64,000 nt of DNA from Balanoglossus misakiensis (taxonomy: Eukaryota; Animalia; Hemichordata), in contig CM082576.2 in NCBI GenBank assembly GCA_040954595.2, positions 2,330,760-2,394,759 of the forward strand. The letters run 5' to 3'. Below are positions 62,839-64,000 of this stretch, piece after piece. The notes beneath the pieces were generated by a model. The model ran no database searches and was not told the origin of the DNA. It saw only the letters and a program-made list of their open reading frames with translations. The position numbers and the translations under genes were made by a program. Numbering within the stretch: the stretch's first letter is position 1; every line of letters starts with the position of its first letter.

Positions 62839-64000
62839 TCTCACGTGCGTCGCCCTCAGCTTCTTCTTTTTTTAGATGTGCGAGTTCAAAGTTCACACGT
62901 AAGGTCACGTGTCACACTCTCGAAACAGTAACTCCCAAATCAGATACACATATCAAATGAAAAATGTTCATGTTGACAACCATATTTCTCTGTCATGAAG
63001 AAAATAATGGAGCGGATGCTAGAAAATTGTTTCCTTTACAAAACCTGGTGTCTACAACACCATATATTTAATTAGAACTTCACCCAGACTGGGTAATGAA
63101 TCAGAAGTGGTGTGCATTCCATTGCAGACGCTAGATTTCTTTTTATAGTGCAACTGTGAGGTATACAATTTCACTCACTGCATTCAACCTAACTGGAATT
63201 TTAATAGCTGTTTAATTGCTTACTTTTCTATTAACTTTGAGATGTCTCCGCATCTTAATCAAAATGCCCTCAGAGAAAAATTGGGTCTTATTCATCACCA
63301 CTTCCCATTAACCATGAACACATTTATATATTTTTGACTATTCATAATAAAATTATGAATACTAACATTGATAAAATGGATGTGATATTTCCAAGGACAA
63401 CAGCTGATTTTATTTATACTGAGAGCATTGGCAGACTGACCAATGAGAGCTTGTGACGTGTCAGGTGCTAAATTTATATTTGATAAATGTTGCAAATTAT
63501 ACATTCAGCTGTACGTCTGTCAGCGGAACTGACCCAATTTCTGATCAATATGATATTTGTTGATTGCTCCCTTTTTACTCATTGCCCTACTAAGTGGTAT
63601 AAACCAGGTCAATTCGATGTATGATTTATAAAGATAAAACTAGAGATTGTATTTCATATTTATGCTTTTAATAAATAAGACAGAAGGAAATCTTACATCT
63701 TTGAAAAAAAAAAAAAATAATTGTGTCTTTATAGAATAACCACATTTTTGCAAGAATTGTCTGCGGGGAAATTTTAAAAGAGTACAAAAATGCATATCTA
63801 GAGAAACCTAATAGGAGAAAGTCATGATTATCAAATTGCAATTGACCTGTCTGCTGAAAATTACTTTGAAAATGCTTTCTCTAACAATACTTTATTTGTC
63901 TTTTTTGTCAAGTTCTTTGGCGGCCATATTGAGAGCGAGTTGAGGGGCAAAGTATCCCCCGATCCGGTCAATGAAGTGACCAGAACCAATAAGTGACAGT

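Overview
AT-rich, intron-containing eukaryotic (animal) genomic DNA, most likely from a marine invertebrate; there are no prokaryotic features. Left to right: an 87-bp satellite in the last intron of a gene whose Pro/Tyr-rich terminal exon is at 1452-1639; a 312-bp fold-back element whose interior is complementary to both of its ends; a minus-strand array of repeated non-coding exon/intron modules (about 3.3-7.0 kb) interrupted by a 129-bp minisatellite; an isolated, divergent replication-dependent H2B/H2A pair with stem-loops; a 5-exon PH/GRAM-like uncharacterised gene (-); ATP6V1D (+); ARPIN (-) head-to-head with TTL (+); a roughly 30-kb PALS1/MPP5/stardust gene (-) with an extra N-terminal PDZ and an alternative first exon that swaps half of that PDZ; a multi-exon gene (+) whose C-terminal 52 aa align without gaps to mammalian CatSper-zeta (TEX40) as I recall the sequence; and a C16orf89/UPF0764-like gene (-) with a C-terminal transmembrane helix. 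The best lead is the candidate invertebrate CatSper-zeta homologue, because that subunit has been described as mammal-specific. All exon models were built by eye from splice signals and reading-frame phase, and all homology calls are from memory, with no database search run.
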